DNA of 64,000 nt from the NCBI GenBank assembly GCA_004431415.1, contig QPMI01000437.1:310001-374000 (forward strand), read 5' to 3'. Below the pieces are notes generated by a model. That model saw only the letters and a list, made by a program, of their open reading frames with translations. It made no database searches and was not told the DNA's origin. Source of the stretch: Cyanophora paradoxa CCMP329 (lineage: Eukaryota > Plantae > Glaucophyta). Of the stretch, positions 1-11,089 are shown piece after piece (within the stretch, counting starts at the first letter, position 1; each line of letters begins with the position of its first letter). The translations under genes and the position numbers were made by a program.

Positions 1-1
1 C

Positions 2-124
2 GCGCGGTCGGCCCCGACCGCGAGCTCGCAGGCGGCGCGCGTGGAGGCGTTCGAGGGCTCGCTCGGGGTGCGGGCGATGGCGGCCGGACTCGACTTCTCC
101 CTCGTACTCACCGACGAGCTCTAG
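2..124 (+). CDS. 3' end of a host RCC1/BLIP-II-like repeat protein (partial)
   Basis: Frame reads VEAFEGSLGVRAMAAGLDFSLVLTDEL* (TAG at 122-124), resembling the xxAAGxxFSLxLT end of an RCC1 repeat. Confidence 0.45.
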   Translation, partial: ARSAPTASSQAARVEAFEGSLGVRAMAAGLDFSLVLTDEL

Positions 125-434
125 GCTCGGATCGAAGCTTTAAATTTGGGGAGCTAGCGCTAGCGCTAGCAGATTTCTTTAAAGGCCCAGATTCTCATGA
201 ACCAAGCGCGAGCTCGATGGCGTTACGGTAGGCGTCGGTACCGGTATACCGGTCTACGTAGGCGTCGGTATACCGTATACGTAGCGCACCCTTGGTTCTT
301 TTCGAAAAGAATCCGCTCACCGGTACCCTGGATCCCGTATTCGAATCCCCAGGCGGCCCCATTATTCGCGACGACCATGCCGCGCGACGCCGGCGCCTCT
401 GTCGGCGTCCTAGAGATCGTTTGTACCAGAGGAG

Positions 435-3400
435 ATGCACAAGCGTCAGCGCAGCAGCTCGGCAGCCGCCGGCGTGGCGGCCGACGCCGACACACACGCG
501 AGCCGACGCGAGGCCGCCTCCGACGCCGCCGCCAAAGCAATGGTCGACCTGCAGCAGCTGTCCTCTGTGGCTAGCTTCGACTCGCTCCCAGACGAGCTCG
601 TGCGCCACGTCTTCTCCTTCGTCGACGCCGCGGAAGCCCTGCAGAAGCTGCCCGCCGTCTGCACACGCTTTCGGTGCAGCATTCCCGCGCTTATCACTTC
701 ATCCAAACGCGCCTGAACGCACGCGTGCGGCAGGGAGCTCTTGCCCGGAGTGCAGTGGGATTCGATCTCCCTGGCGTTCGACACCAGCGACGGGCCGCTC
801 GATTACGAGCGCGGGAACGTTTTCGAAGCGTGCGCGAACGCGGAGGGGCTTCTGCGGCTGCCGAAGGACGACGAGGACGCCCCGTCGGTGCGCTGAATTC
901 GAATTTCAAGCGCCCATCGCCTCGCGTGCGCCAGCGCCGACGCTGTGGCACGCGCAGCGGCCGTGGCGGCGGAGCATGCGGTTCTGGCGGCGGGCGATCG
1001 ACCGCGGACTCCTTGGCCCGCAGTCCTCTCTCGAGCTGGAGCTCCGCGGGCCCTCGGAGCTAGAGCTGCAGTTCGAGCTCGAGCCCAGCGCCGGCGCGGG
1101 CGAGCACCAGCACCAGCAGCAGCAACTGCTTCCGGTCGTCCTCGCGCACGGGCGGGAGCTCGTCCTCGCGGCGCACGGGCTGATGGGCCTCCTCGCCGCC
1201 GCCGCCCGCGCCTCCGCCGACTCCCTCACGTCCGCCCGCCGCTGCCCCTGACTTATTTATCTTACGGATTTGATGTCTCATCTCCGCGGGCCCTCGCAGG
1301 ACCCTTCGCTTGGTCGTCCGCAACCTTGGGCCTGCCGCCGCCTTCCTGGTCCGCCCCGCCCCTGAATCTAGCAAGAATGCAATAACATGAAGTCTTAACT
1401 CATGAAGTGTGAAAAAGAGAAGCCCGGCCCGGCCCGGCCCGGCCCGCGAGCATCCCCTCACGCAACGCGCAGAACGCCGCCGGGGACGCGGAGCTCGGCC
1501 GTGGCGACGCCGCCCGCGAGCGCGAATCCGAGGCCGGCCTCTGCTCAGAGGATCTCGCCCTCCGCGCCGCCGTCGCCCTCGCCCCGTGCCGGGTTCGAGC
1601 CCGCCCCCCCCCCCCCCCCCCCCCCCCGCACGCCTAGGCTCAGACGCAGACCGCCGACCCGGCCCGCTCCTCCCTGCCCGCTCCTCTACTAAAATTTTGC
1701 TAGATTCAAAGAATCATCTTCGAGAATTCTTAAACTTCAAGCTTATTGAGCGCCCCGGGGTTCGCGGCAGCGCCTGGAGACCTTCGACGCGTCATTCGTC
1801 TTCGGAACCGACGGGGACCGCGACGTCCCCGCCGCCCGCCCCGGCCCCCGCTGGGCCGCCGCCTTCGGTTCGCCCCCCCCCCCCCCCCCCCCCTCCTCCT
1901 CCCCCGCCTCCCCTGGCTCGTCCTTCACGGCTCATATAGTCGGGTCCGGCCGCAGGGGCCCTCGGCGGCTGCCTAAGGGACCTCGAGCTTCCCCAGGTGC
2001 GCAATTGCCAGACGAAGCTTCGAAAGGAAATAGCCTTAGTCGTTAAGAAACTCGTTCTTTAGCTGGATCTTTAGCTTGAGCTCAGAAGAAAGCTCAAAAC
2101 CCTGGAGGACGTGCCATCGAAAGCCATTAGGGCGTGCCATTAGGCCATTAGGCCATTTAGGTCGTAAAAGCTTTAGTCGTATAATCGTATAAGCCATTCA
2201 GACGTGCCTGAGGTTACTCTTAAGCTATGAATCTCGAGCTCGCGCCCCCGCAGAACATGGCGGTGGGGCCCGAGCAGGCGGCCGCCCTCGCGGAATCCCT
2301 CCCCCGCCTCTCCAGGTGCGCCCCTGATCCCCCGCCCCGCCCAGCAAGACTCTCTTTTAGAGTCTAGCAACAAATAGCGAGACTAGTCTCCAAGTACAAG
2401 AGAGGCTTGTAGACTACTTGCTTCTCCCCCGACCCCGACCCCGACCCCGCCCCGCCTCCTCTGACCCCACCCTCCAGGCTCTACGCCACGGTGGCGCCTC
2501 AAAAACCTTAAAAGACCTTTAAAGAACCTTTAATATAATATAATAGCGCCTCTCTCTTCTTCTTCTTCTTCTTCTTCTTCTTCTTCTTCTTCTTCTTCTT
2601 CGTCCTTTCTGACCCCGCCCCGCCCCCGCCCCCCTCCAGGCTCTACGCCACGCTGGCGGCCCCCGGCTGCGGGGCGACCCTGGCGGCCCTCGCCCGGCTC
2701 GCCTCCCTCGAGGACCTCGGCATCGCCACCTTGTCCGCCCCTTTGCTTATATATCTTAGAATCTTGCTAGAGCTTATATCTTAAAACTTATAACTACAAT
2801 CATCTTAGAATCTTGCTAGGCCTCGGCCTCGCCACCTTGTGCGCTCTCGAGCTTATTCTTATTAAAGTATCTTAGAACTTTGCTAGAGCTCACACAAACA
2901 AACCGTATACTTATGTTGCCTTCCCCGGGTAATAATGCCCGCCCGCCTTTCTCCGCTCGCTCGCCCCTCTTCGCCTTTGCCCTCTCTGATTCGCCCCGCC
3001 CAGCCCCGGGGAGGACGCGGAGCTGGTGGGCGCCGAGACCGGCCCTGGCTTCGCTGCCCTCGCCGCCGGCCCCGCCGGCCGCTCCCTCGTCCGCCTCTCC
3101 GCCGCCTGTGCGTAATGAAGCTCGGAGCCCTTAGATTGAATGGCTTCGAAAACTTATAAAGATCTAGAGCTTGAATTGGACGTTTGGTTGCGGATAATAG
3201 AGCCGTCCCACATTTTGAATCTTAGAGCTATTTGTTTGGAATCTAAGGGCGTCCTAAGCCCCTCGCTCCTCCCCGCGCCTGACCTCTCCGCGCAGGCTTC
3301 GGGCGCATCTCCCAGGCTGGCCTGGAGTCCCTCTTCTCGCTCCCCCGCCTCGCCTCCGCCTCCCTTCCCTTGGCCGAGCTAGGCGCCCGCCCCGCGGCGG

Positions 3401-4478
3401 CCCTCGCCCGCGCCCCGCGCCTCCGCTCCCTCCTCGCCCTCGTCCAGGCGCGTGACGTCACGGTCCCAGTCGCCCGCGTACCGATTCGATCGGCCGCTGA
3501 TTCGCGTACCCCCCGGGGCTGCAGGTCCGCCCGGACTCGGACGGCGGCGCCTCGACGTTCCGCGCCCTCTCCGCCGCCCTCGACGGGGTACGCCTTTTTC
3601 GCGATTCCCGAGTTCAAGCAGCCCCGACTGACGTACCCCCCTCCCCCGGCCAGATGCTCTCGCGCCCGTACCCCGAGCTTAGGCACGTATCCCTGGTCCT
3701 CAAGCCGCACCTCGGCATAAGCTGCAGGTCAGTACATAGAAAGCCCGCGCATGCGTACCCCTCCCGGGTCCTTGTCTCACGCGGCCGTACCCGTCCAGCG
3801 ATCCGGCGGGGCTCACGGAACGGGTCGACGTGGCCTCGGAGCCCCTCGCGAGCTTGATCCAGGCAGCGAGGGGTACCCTTTTTGAGCTTCGGTGCGTGTA
3901 CCCCCCCCCCTCCGCCCCCCACCCCGCCCTGCGGCTGAGCGCCGGCGCCGGCGGCAGTTACGAGCTGTGCGCGCGGCGGCCGCCCGGAGCGAGGGAACTC
4001 GCGGCGTGCGCCGCCTGCCCCAGCCTCCACCGCGTCATGTTCAGGTGAGCCGCCCCGCCCCGCCCTCCGCGACCAGCGGATCGAAGCTCAGACGCGAGTC
4101 GCGCCCGGCGCCGGTAGCCACGGGATGGAGGGGGAGGAGGACCTCCTGGGGTACGCCCCCTTCCCGTCGAAGCTGCGCCCCTCCTCCAAGTTCAAGGTAC
4201 CCCCTCCCCCCCCGAAAGAGCCGCCCAGGCCTGCACGGGCGCGCAGCGCGCCCGCTGGCTCACTTTGGCTGCCGTCTATCCCGCCAGATCGACATCGGAG
4301 CCGCGAGCGCCGGCCTGGCTGCCTACGCTCGCTCCGTTCTTTCCGGCTGGTGCGGCGCCGGCGTTACTGCGACGCCCCGCCCCCGCCCCGCCCCGCCCCG
4401 AGCCTGACCGTCTGCCCCCCCGCCTGCAGGTTCCCGAGCGCCGAGCTCTCTGCGAGGGCCGTCGAATCCGCCTTGTAG
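435..4478 (+). CDS. Host multi-exon F-box (+ degenerate LRR) protein
   Basis: First exon has the F-box signature FDSLPDELVRHVFSFVDAAEALQKLPAVCTRFR. Later exon fragments read like LRRs (AGLESLFSLPRLASASLPLAEL, ALARAPRLRSL). The last exon ends FPSAELSARAVESAL* at 4478. Exon structure is only partly resolved. Confidence 0.6.
2555..2601. repeat. (CTT)n microsatellite in an intron
   Basis: Direct reading of the CTT run. Confidence 0.95.
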
Positions 4479-5078
4479 CCTCGACGACGAGCCGAGCGGC
4501 ATGCCCAAGCCAACCGCTCGTGTGTCGGAGACTCAGAGCTCACGGCTTCCCCCCCCCCCCCCCCCCCCCCCCCTTCCCACCGGCCCCGCTCACCACCGGT
4601 ACCGCCACCACCACCATGGGCGTATATACCTCCTGGGCTGATATATGCAGTGATGTCTGTCCTGGCCCTTTCTTACCGCGCCCTCGCCCGATTGCGAGCC
4701 CCCTCTCGGCTCCCTTGCTAAGCTCCCTCGCCGATTCCCCCGCCCCCGTCCCGCCCTCGCGAATCGAGATCGGTCGTGAAGCCAACAGGCTACCGGTAGC
4801 TTGTGACTTCACAGCTACTATAGTAGCCTGGGACTCGGGCTGAGAGCTATCGGCCACCGACGGCCAGGCCGGGCCAGCCTGGGCCAGGGCCGCCAGGCTG
4901 CAGCCTGCAGGTTACCAGTACCTAGTTAATACGGTAATAATAATACCTACCTGGCAGCAGTTAGTGCCAGTTACCTGGTACGTACTACGTACAAAAGCGG
5001 CTGCAGCTGGCCGGCCCGGGCCCCGGGCCCCGGGGGCCCAGCAGGCCGGGGGCCCAGCAGGCCGGGAAAGAGGTTAGA

Positions 5079-5081
<3 letters not shown>

Positions 5082-5138
<57 letters not shown>
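5082..5138. repeat. (TA)n microsatellite
   Basis: Direct reading of the TA run. Confidence 0.95.
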
Positions 5139-5141
<3 letters not shown>

Positions 5142-5284
5142 AGTAGAACATAATATTAATACTTTTAATATCCAACCTCTTTAATATTTCCTGATTTACA
5201 GCTAGTAGTGGGGCCGGGCAGGTATACGGTATACCGCATACGTAAAAAAACATATACGGTATACGTTACATATACAGTGATATA

Positions 5285-5503
5285 CTGTAGATCCACCAAG
5301 TTAGGCGTCGCTTTTCATAGACGTTTGCCCACCCGTCGTGATAGACGTTCACAAAGATAGACGAGCTGCGCGGGTCGCTCCATACAAGCGTTACTATGGC
5401 ATACCCCCTTCAGGGACAGTTAGACGGGGATTAAGTTAGACGAATGGGTGAACTCGTCTATCCGCGCCTAACTTTGTCGGCGCCTAACTTAGTGGATTGA
5501 CAG
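5285..5503. mobile_element. 219-bp MITE, Tc1/mariner/pogo-type (TA-flanked)
   Basis: TA|CTGTAGATCCACCAAGTTAGGCG … CGCCTAACTTAGTGGATTGACAG|TA: 23-bp imperfect TIR (3 mismatches), TA on both sides, no ORF, internal TAGACG repeats. Confidence 0.7.
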
Positions 5504-6449
5504 TACTATGATACTATGATAATATAATGATATACCGTAGATTCGGCGTAGAACGCTTATAAGTTATATGCGCGCACTTAAATATAAGTAATGCGGTACC
5601 TATAATTAATGCGTTTTTCGCTGGCAACTTAAACGCATTAATTTAATTGGGACCACATTAATATCGAAACGCTAAGACACGGCTGTATGTACCCCCCTAC
5701 TGCAGCCAAACTTTTGAAAAAGCTTCAAAACGCATTAATTCGGCGCCGCATTATTATCAATACTAGGGGTACCGTCGACGTCGACGTCCGGGTCCAAAAA
5801 CGCATTATAATTTCTGGCGCATTAATTAAGTGTCACACCGACTCACACCGTCACACGGCGCCGGCCCGGCGGGAAACTTCGATCGGGTTTTTTTCCCGAG
5901 GTACCAGTGTACCGTACCACCTCTTTAATTATGCAGGTGCTAAGAGCGTGTTTTCGAGTACGTATACCAGCGACGTCGGGTAGCAGGTACACAGGTAGTA
6001 CTAATGGCAGTACCTCGACTCGGTCCTCGAGTCGATCGCGAGCTCGAGCTCGCCGCGGCCCGCGGGCCGCGGCCCGCCGCGGCGCGGCCCGCGGGTCGCC
6101 CGCCCGCGGCCGGGCCCGCCGCCCCGCCGGGCCCGGCGGCCGGCTCCGGGCCGACGCCCCGGGCCCGGCGCTGGGCCGGCGCCGCGGCGGCTCGGCCCCG
6201 GCCCCGGCCCGGCGGCGGCGGTAGCGCTAGCGGGACTCCGGGAGCTGCCGCAGACTCCGCAGTGCGGGAGTCAGCGGGACTTAGGGGCCAGTTAGGCCTA
6301 CCGGTAGGGCCCCCCAACTTACTAAGTTAGGGGCGAGTCCCGGGCCGCCGGCGCCGCTCGTCCCGAGTCGCGCTTAAAGTTGCGAGTCGCGCACGTTAGC
6401 TGTCTCGCAACGTTCGCGCACGCGACCTTCCGGACCGGAATTCAGCGAT

Positions 6450-8581
6450 CGTGTGCGTACGAAAGCGTGTTGCCGGTGCCGAAAGCTACAGTTTCAGAGC
6501 AATCCCGATATCGATCATCTAGATATGATGGGAGGCAGCCACAGCGTCCTCACCGTCTACGGCAAGGACGGCGCCGAGATTGCCACGAAAACGACCGCGC
6601 AGCCTGGCAGCTTTTCGGCGGAGGAGCTCGGAGAGCCATGCAGGTGATCATGAGTGCCATGCTAATGTTATGCTCGTCCTGCATGCGCGCCGCCGCGCCG
6701 CGGCGTGCACGGGCCGCTGAGCACTAGCTATACCATGCCCGCAGCTCAGCGGCTGCAGCGCATGCACTTTAATTTGCATGCATGCATGCGCATAAATTTA
6801 TATATAATCGTACGGCCCCGGTCCTGGCTCACACTAACTGCAGAGACTATCCGGGGGCGCGATCGTACATTTTGACGTGCGATGCAAACTCAGGGCTGAA
6901 GTGCGATGTAAGCTGTTTTTTTAAGTGCTGTACGCTATTTATATATCATAGTATAGCCATGCCAGGATCATCGGATCCTGGCTATAGCATTCAATGAATC
7001 CTTTTCTACTAGGCTAACTTTTCTCTCCTCGAAACAGAACTGGGAGGAGAAGAAATTGTGGTGCGTCATATAAATGCATGCGCGTATGCATATACATACT
7101 GCTTGATATGGCAGTATAATCTCCGAATTCTATGTCGACTCGTTTCGTTGCAGCTTAAATTAACATATTCACGCGCAGTCCTCATGATGCTAAAACGAAA
7201 GTGAGCGCCTACGGGAATGACTACGGCCGGAGCCCCAGCCCCATAGTCCGGGAATCCAAGGAAATTTCGCACTTCAAAGACGATACGATCGATTCGCTGC
7301 CGGAGGCCGACATTTGGGACGCTTGCAAGAACTTCGGCGTCATGTACGTGGGCATGGCGCCCGCGGTCGACGGCCAGCCGGGCCTCTCGATGGATGTCAC
7401 GCCATGGTGCGAGATCATCGTATTACGGAAACCCGAAATTTTAATGGTCAACCTCTTATAATCATGATCGATGCTGAATCGTGTGCGTGCTCGTGCGCAG
7501 CCCGCATGATGCGAGAACGAAATTGAGCTTCTATGGAAGCGGCTACGGGATCTCGGGCTCACACTCGGCGAGCCGGCGGGAGACCAGGGAAATCTCGCAT
7601 TTCAAAGACGCCACGATCGACTCGGTACCGAGCTCCGAGCTGTGGCATTTGTGCACGGAGTTCGGTGTCATGTACGTTGGCATGGAGCCTGCGGCCGAGG
7701 GCGCCGGCCAGCCGGGCCTCTCGATGGATGTGACACCCTGCTGGCCGTGGTGCGACCAGCTTGCAAACTCTGAGAGCAGCTGCAGATTACACTGCACACA
7801 TTCGAATTCAATGATTAACATGGCATCCTTATAATTAAATGACACTTTCCTGCAGCCCGAAAGGTCTCGCTTCGAAGTCGTGGGACGCGGAGGTGTTCGC
7901 GAACAAAGAGGATTGCGAGCAAGGTGCATTTCTGCGGTCTATCATAGTATATATGTGTATATATATATTATCACCACACCCTGCGGCATGCAATATTTAA
8001 TTCGCATCGCTGCACATGTACAGGAGCGCACACCGTCGCGACATTGCGCTTGTCGAAACCCTTCGTCCACGGTTCCAACAGCGACGGGACAAAGGAATTG
8101 ATGAGGAATCTTAGACTGCTCTGGACTCCGACAGACACCGAATCCGAAGCTCGCAATACTTTCTACGTGACTACTCGGGAGCTCCTTCAGCTATGCAAAG
8201 AGCGGGGCAAATTCTGCACAGAAGAAAGGGAGCTCGGCGTCGACAACCATTGCGCTCCCGTTGAACTGTGCGTGCGTGTAGAATTACGGAATTCGCCCGA
8301 GTACTGAATGCACATAGAATACAATCGTGTAGCGTACATGTGCAGAAAAGCTGACGGTTTCCGGACTTTGACGACGCAGATCGCAATCAAAAGAATTTAA
8401 GGTATCGATGGCGCCGGATGAGAAGAGCCAAGCCGCGATCGGATACGAACTCGTGGATCCGGAGCTCGAGGCTGAAAGCTTCGAATACGAAAGCGACGGC
8501 ATCGATCGTGAGTTCATCGTGAGCTCGGAGCGGGATGACGTGGTCGACATCGCGGCCATGGATTTCGACGCATGTCATTGA
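6450..8581 (+). CDS. Hypothetical multi-exon host gene with a tandemly duplicated exon
   Basis: Two related exons, EISHFKDDTIDSLPEADIWDACKNFGVMYVGMAPAVDGQPGLSMDVTPW (~7260-7408) and EISHFKDATIDSVPSSELWHLCTEFGVMYVGMEPAAEGAGQPGLSMDVTPCW (~7590-7745). Further coding-like segments at 8044-8270 and 8380-8581. Confidence 0.35.
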
Positions 8582-9895
8582 TCACGAAATTGATTATGAT
8601 TACTCAGAACTTTCTGCCCTATACCCACGTTTGTGAGTAGTCATTCCTTTTGTAGTTTATAGTTACGAAAGTAACTAGTTTGATTTGAACCCCAGCTGCA
8701 GCAAACTAGTTTCTTAACCATGCATATGGACCCACCGATGCATTTCTAGTACAAGTGATTTTCCATTAGTTTACTGTAATTTATACTTGCATTGCGCATA
8801 TGTATACGTACGTTACGCTCGCATTCCCTTCTGAATTAGTACTCGTCTTAAACAGCTTCGCTCATAATTGCTAGTTAGGCGCGTGACACATGACCTTCCA
8901 TGTTTGTGGGCGCTGCTCCGGCCGCGATAGATTTTGAGGTGCATATGTCTCATGATTTGTCAATTCGATTCTAGTATTTCGATGCAGTGTGCACGTGCAC
9001 GATCAAAAATTGAATCTCTCTGAGGCTCGAGCTGCGGCCGCCGGGCTGGCGGTCGACGTCGACGTCCTTGTATTAAAATACTATATATATATATATTATT
9101 GCACCTTTCACGCTCCGCCCCCGTCGCCCCCCAGCGCCCCGTGCACCCCGCTGCCCTCTAGCGCCCCGCGGGCGCCCCGCTGCCCTCTAGCTCTCCGCCG
9201 CCGTCGCCCTCCAGCTCTCCGCTCCCGTCGCCCTCCAGCGCCCCGTGCACGTGCACCCCGCCGCCCTCTAGCGCCCTGTCACGTGCACGGCCCCCCCTCC
9301 CCCCCAGCGCACTGCCGCTCCCTCGCGCCCCCCGCCGTCGCCCCCAAGGCCCGGCCCTCTAGATCTAGTGCCCCGCTCCCTGCACTTCTGCTCCCCTTAT
9401 ATGCTTCGAATTCGCCCCCGCTGTAGCTAGGTACCAAAATATGTAGCGCTATAGCTAGTCTTCGAATTCGACTCTCGATGCCGTGGAAGCGATAGCCTAG
9501 CTATAGCGCACAGCCGCCCTCCCGGCCTAGCCCTCCAATGACCCCCCCCACCCCCCCCCACCCCCCACACCCCCACCCTCCCCTCCCCACCCTCCCCACC
9601 CGTCCCCCGTCGACGTCCGCCCCCCCCCCCCCCCCCCCCCCCCGGGCCCCATGTCCACGTCACGGCTATAGCTATAGCTATAGCTAGGAAGCCCCGCGTC
9701 CCCCCCCCCCCCCCCACCCACCCACCCCCCCCCCCCACCCCCACGTCTCGCCCTCGATCGTGAGCTCTGCTGGACCGGGGCGCTATAATTAGATCTGCTG
9801 CCATGCCGGAATCAACTGCGACATTGCATGTCTGCCATGATGTAGAACGTTCACTAATGCATCGTGGCACGGGGCGGCGGGGCGGCGGGGCGGGG

Positions 9896-10810
9896 TCAGA
9901 GGGCGGTGGCGACGTCGGGGTTGCCCCCGGCCTCGAGCTCGACGACGCGGCGCCTCGCCTGGAAGTACAGTCGCTTCAGCTTCTCGTACTCCTCCCAGGG
10001 CACCGTCTGCAAGGCGCGGCCGCGGGCGCGGGGCGCGGGGCGCGGCGATGGTCAGGCCTTGGGAGCGCTCAAAAGACAGGATCAGGGCTCCTAAAATCCG
10101 AACGTTACGGACCTGGTTGAGCTCGCGGGTGAGCTTCCGGACCTCCTCCTCCAGCTGCTGCGTCCGCGGCTGCGCGCCATGCAAGAAATCAGCGCCCGTG
10201 CGCGCCGCGCGCGGCCTCGTCGACGGCCGAACCGCGCACACGTGCACCTCGAAATCGGGAGCGGGGTCGGGCGCTGATCGCGGCTCGCTTGCAATTGCGA
10301 GGCGCTCGATGGCGGCGCGTGCGGAGGAGTCGTCCGCGAAATCCACGCGGACGTGCACGCCGGCGCCCGGGCCACGGCCAGCCGCCCCTCGCTGAGACCT
10401 GCTGCCAGCGCTGCGCGCTCAGCTGCAGGCGAGCTCTATAGCTAGATCTGATGCTTCAGCCCTAGGCGCCGGCCTAAACGCGCGAGCGTGGAAACGCGCG
10501 CGCGCCAAGGCAGGCGAGGGACAGGAACAAGAAACACGCTCGCGCGCCGTTCACGTGCACCCGAGTTCTGCTGCTCGAGCTCCTCGCGCTCCTCCAGCTC
10601 GAACTCCTCGCGCTCTTCCTCCTCCAGGTCGACACGAGCGACGCCCCTCAACGACCGCAGCCTCCGCGCGAGCCCCTCCGCGTCCAACTGCGCTTCAGTG
10701 AGTTGCGCTCGCCGATGGAGAAACGCGCTCGTTGCCCGGAGGCGTAGAAACAGCAGCGGTGCCCGCGACGGCGGGGGTCGGAGGCTAAAATCAGGCGCTG
10801 AGCACACTTC
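9896..10810 (-). CDS. Hypothetical multi-exon host coiled-coil protein
   Basis: Exon-like segments LARRLRSLRGVARVDLEEEEREEFELEE, VHVRVDFADDSSARAAIERL, TQQLEEEVRKLTRELNQ, VPWEEYEKLKRLYFQARRRVVELE…* (stop at 9896-9898). Start not resolved. Confidence 0.35.
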
Positions 10811-11089
10811 GCGCCGCGAGACGCACGCCGGAGCTCTCCGCCGGGGTCCAGTCGATTGAAAGCGAGGACCGCGGCATCGCCTTTAGAGCGCCTTTAGAGC
10901 GCGGTTCTGTCCACCGGCCCGGGTACAGCGCCTTTAGAGCGCGGTTCTGTCCACCGGCCCGCGAGCGGACGGCCCGCGAGCAGAGTGACGGACAAATGAG
11001 CCGGTTCGAAGCCGCGCGGATATGCAACCGCACCGGGCGGCCCTTGACGTTTTCGCAGGTACTCGGGCACTTATGGAGAGGACGCGGGG

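Noticed and set aside
5533-5830. Second MITE starting TACCGTAGATTCGGCG with CGCATTA repeats
   Set aside because: No matching right-hand TIR was found.
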